From positions 1-36,677 of the forward strand of contig NIVC01004732.1 in NCBI GenBank assembly GCA_002269645.1: DNA of 36,677 bases, given 5' to 3'. Position 1 is the first letter of the stretch, and every line of letters starts with the position of its first letter. The stretch is from Macrostomum lignano. Its lineage: Eukaryota. This document shows, one piece after another, positions 33,111 through 36,677 of this stretch. The translations under genes and the position numbers were made by a program. The notes beneath the pieces are model-generated. The model saw only the letters and a program-made list of their open reading frames with translations, was not told the origin of the DNA and searched no databases.

Positions 33111-33556
33111 CTAAAAAGTGTAGACAATGCTTGCTTTGCTTAGTGGGCTGAGACGCAAAGCATTGGTATCTAGATAGCTGCTCGGAACAAAGGGGAGAGG
33201 AGAGTGACTGAAGGAATTGCTGACACAAAAACTCGCTCTTAACTGAGCCTCGTATTCGATTTGAAATGCTTAAATTTTCGACTTTCAATTTATCGGCAAA
33301 GAAGACGCCAGCTGCGTCAGCAGTTTAGAGGTGCTTCAGGGGAATGGAATACTTTGTGCCTGCGTTTACCTTCTTTGTTGCGCGCTTCTGCAAGTCCTCT
33401 CGTGAGTGACTGAGAGAGCGGATCGCTACGTGTGATATGTTACGTATGACACAGGGAACACACGTAAAAAGACACATGGAGAAGAGCCTCAAAACATATT
33501 AATACTTTAAAAGACACTCGGAGAGGTTTCACGGTAACTACGAGAGAGACTACGGT

Positions 33557-34003
33557 ACATGTAGAGACACATGCAGAGACACATGCAGAGACACATGAGA
33601 CACATCAGAGACATACTTGTAGAGACGTATATAGAGAGACATGTAAAGACACATGGAGAGAGACGTGTAGAGACACATTGCAGAGACACATGCAGAGAAA
33701 CATGTAGAGACACATGTAGAGACACATTGCAGAGACACATGTAGAGACACATGCAGAGACACATGCAGAGACACATGTAGAGACACATCCAGAGACACAT
33801 GCAGAGACACATGTAGAGACACATGTAGAGACACATGCAGAGAAACATGTAGAGACACATGTAGAGACACATGCAGAGACACATGTAGAGACACATGTAG
33901 AGACACATGCAGAGACACATGCAGAGACACATGTAGAGACACATGTAGAGACACATGTAAGACACATGTAAAGACACATGTAAAGACACATGTACAGACA
34001 CAT
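33557..34003. repeat. 12-bp minisatellite (~37 copies)
   Basis: Unit AGAGACACATG(T/C). Confidence 0.95.
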
Positions 34004-35064
34004 CAAACAAACAAGCCATCAGAATTCTAATAAACTGTCTCCAATGCAGACAAAAGTTCATGAGTTCTCCGTGTCTAAGCAGACGACTCGGATCCCAATC
34101 AGCTCTCTAAAGCGGCTGAGACAAACTTAGACATATGGAATCATCTGAAATTCAATTTAAAAGCGACATGCAAACAGCGCGTATAAGCGATGAAAGCAAA
34201 TTTACCCAAAGAGAATGAGCGCCATCAGTTGCGGAAATGTAAGCAGGCATCGATTAGGCGCGTATTAGTCTACTTAGTCTACTAGCTTTTGAGTCTTGCT
34301 TAAGATTTTCTAGCTGTCGCTGTAGTTTTAAAACCACAGGTAAAACATTTTTTTCATGTCGATAGATTGAGCTGACAGGGCTGCTAAGATCAAGGTCGCG
34401 CTTTCTTATCATTCTACTCTCGTGCTCTAAAACATCCGGAGTTTGCTCAGACTCAGAGATTCGGGACAGACACGTAAATTAAATTTTGTTCCAGCCAGTC
34501 TATCAGCCGGGTCACGTTTCTGGTGTCATATCCCAGATATCCCAATTCCAACAGGTGCTGCTTGCGGTAGATTGCGAAGTTGTGTGTGCGTGTGTGTGTG
34601 CGTGTATGTGTTTGCTGTGGATCCATGTGTCCGTCTGCTGGCCTCCCCATCCTGATTCTCTCCCTTTCAGGACCTTGGGGGGAGCAGTTCGCCACAACAA
34701 GAAATTCTCATGCAGAAGGTGCAAGATCTATTTGAATTGGCTGTGCATCTGACAGATTTGAGTTATTAAGAGCCGGCGTCTCGCAACGATGCGGGGATAT
34801 TCCAAAATTTGTTATACTCTGCATCTGACAGGCCCCGGTTCTGGGTTAGAATTGCTCGTAACTCCAAGCCATGAGCACACTGAGCCTCTGAACCCTTCAA
34901 CCCTCATCGGCTGAACCTGCTGTATCTTCTAACTCAAAAAGTCGCTTGAGCCTTGGGGAGCAAATCTCCGGTACCACAATACAATAAGACTTTATAAGTA
35001 CCAAAAAGTATTTGATACCAAAATCCGCTGGGCCGACCGGCCCGCTGAAACCCCGCAGCCAGCC

Positions 35065-35373
35065 ATGACGCGCGCCAGTCCTCGCCAGGCTCTCAGCTGC
35101 TGCCGCCAGTCTGCTGCTCTGCTGCTGCTGCTGCTGCTGGGCCTCCTCTGCCTGACGCCCCGCGCCAGCCTGGGTCAGCCGCTCCGCACCGGCGCCGCCG
35201 CCAACGCTGCCGAAGCCGCCCCGGCTGCCCCGGCCGCCGGCGAGACGTACGAAGCCGACGATGTCGCCAAAATCGGCGCCCTCATGGCCGCACTGGACGA
35301 CATCGGGGAGCAGCGGCAGCGCCAGCGGCTGGACAAGAAAGCCGGCCATCCGTTCCAGTCGCAGGCCTGGTGA
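35065..35373 (+). CDS. Putative secreted peptide / neuropeptide precursor (102 aa)
   Basis: GCCATG context and GC3-rich codons. A Leu-rich signal peptide ends ...RASLG/Q, followed by an Ala-rich and acidic spacer, a dibasic KK and the terminal peptide AGHPFQSQAW. Confidence 0.7.
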   Translation: MTRASPRQALSCCRQSAALLLLLLLGLLCLTPRASLGQPLRTGAAANAAEAAPAAPAAGETYEADDVAKIGALMAALDDIGEQRQRQRLDKKAGHPFQSQAW

Positions 35374-35709
35374 TCGAGCTTGAAAACCTGCCAGAGGCCA
35401 TCCGAACGGGAGCTGCTGTAACCTGTTGCCTCTCTCCCTGTATCACTCCTGTTCCCCTCCTCAGCTTCTCGGTATGAAAAGGAGAAATCATTTGAAAATA
35501 TAATAAACGAATAAATACCAAGTGGAAGCAGACCAACTGCTAAGCTCTGTGGCTGGCGTAACAGCAAATCAAATAAATCTCTGCTTTTGAAACTCATTAA
35601 TTGGCCATGCTATGCAGACACGGTGCGTGCAGTCGGCTTTTGACCTGTGTTGCTCTTTCTGCTTGCCTGTTATTACTATTTATTGCAAGTTGCTTTCTCT
35701 ACGATCACC

Positions 35710-36085
35710 CTCAGGTCACACTCAGGTCACACTCAGGTCACACTCAGGTCACACTCAGGTCACACTCAGGTCACACTCAGGTCACACTCAGGTCACACTC
35801 AGGTCACACTCAGGTCACACTCAGGTCACACTCAGGTCACACTCAGGTCACACTCAGGTCACACTCAGGTCACACTCAGGTCACACTCAGGTCACACTCA
35901 GGTCACACTCTGGTCACACTCAGGTCAACCTCAGGTCACACTCAGGTCACACTCAGGTCACACTCAGGTCACACTCAGGTCACACTCAGGTCACACTCAG
36001 GTCACACTCTGGTCACACTCAGGTCAACCTCAGGTCACACTCAGGTCACACTCTGGTCACACTCAGGTCAACCTCAGGTCAACCT
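35710..36085. repeat. 11-bp minisatellite (~34 copies)
   Basis: Unit CAGGTCACACT. Confidence 0.97.
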
Positions 36086-36119
36086 TAGCTAGGTCATCTC
36101 GGATCAACCTCCAGTTCTC

Positions 36120-36655
36120 GCTAGGCACCTTCTAGTCACTCTCTAGGCACCTCTAGTCACTCTCTAGGCACACTCTAGTCACTCTCTAGGCACACTCTAG
36201 TCACTCTCTAGGCACACTCTAGTCACTCTCTAGGCACACTCTAGTCAATCTCTAGGCAACCTCTAGTCACTCTCTAAGCACATTCTAGTCACTCTCTAGG
36301 CAACTCTAGTCACTCTCTAGGCACACTCTAGTCACTCTCTAGGCACACTCTAGTCACTCTCTAGGCACATTCTAGTGCCACTCTTTAGGCACATTCTAGT
36401 CACTCTCTAGGCACATTCTAGTCACTCTCTAGGCTTATTCCAGTCACTCTCTAGTCACTCTCTAGGCACATTCTAGTCAATCGACAGGTGCCCTCTAGTC
36501 ACTTGTTAGGTCACTCTCTAGTCACACCCTTTCACTCGTTAGATGCCCTCTAGTCACTCTCTAGTAAGACTCTAGTCACTCGACGGGTGCCCTCTAGTCG
36601 CTCTCTAATCCTCTCGTCACTCGTTAGGTCACTCTCAAATCACTCTCTAGTCACA
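36120..36655. repeat. 22-bp minisatellite degenerating toward the window end
   Basis: Unit CTAGTCACTCTCTAGGCACACT, made of two related 11-mers. Confidence 0.9.
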
Positions 36656-36677
36656 AATTACAATGTAGGCACACTCG

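Overview
Eukaryotic (animal) genomic DNA with spliceosomal genes, GC3-rich exons and very dense tandem repeats. The style suggests a free-living flatworm such as Macrostomum, which is inference only. 1-14.8 kb is a nest of transposons: an internally deleted RNase H-bearing LINE, a ~3.6 kb inverted duplication with a promoter-like module in each arm, an RTE-clade LINE interrupted by a deleted hAT element, and several TSD-flanked MITEs. These MITEs sit in a ~4.3 kb CpG-depleted domain, and one carries a decayed 64-bp copy of the 28S rRNA R2/I-PpoI target site. 14.9-36.7 kb holds a myosin regulatory light chain gene (174 aa), a single-pass membrane protein with a C-terminal PPSY motif (233 aa), a TPPP/p25alpha gene (173 aa), a putative neuropeptide precursor (102 aa), weaker candidate exons, a tRNA-derived SINE, an RFX X-box cluster and about 15 distinct mini/microsatellites. 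Most long ORFs in the supplied track are artefacts of tandem repeats. There is no CRISPR array and no prokaryotic system. All alignments were done by eye and the reference sequences were recalled from memory.
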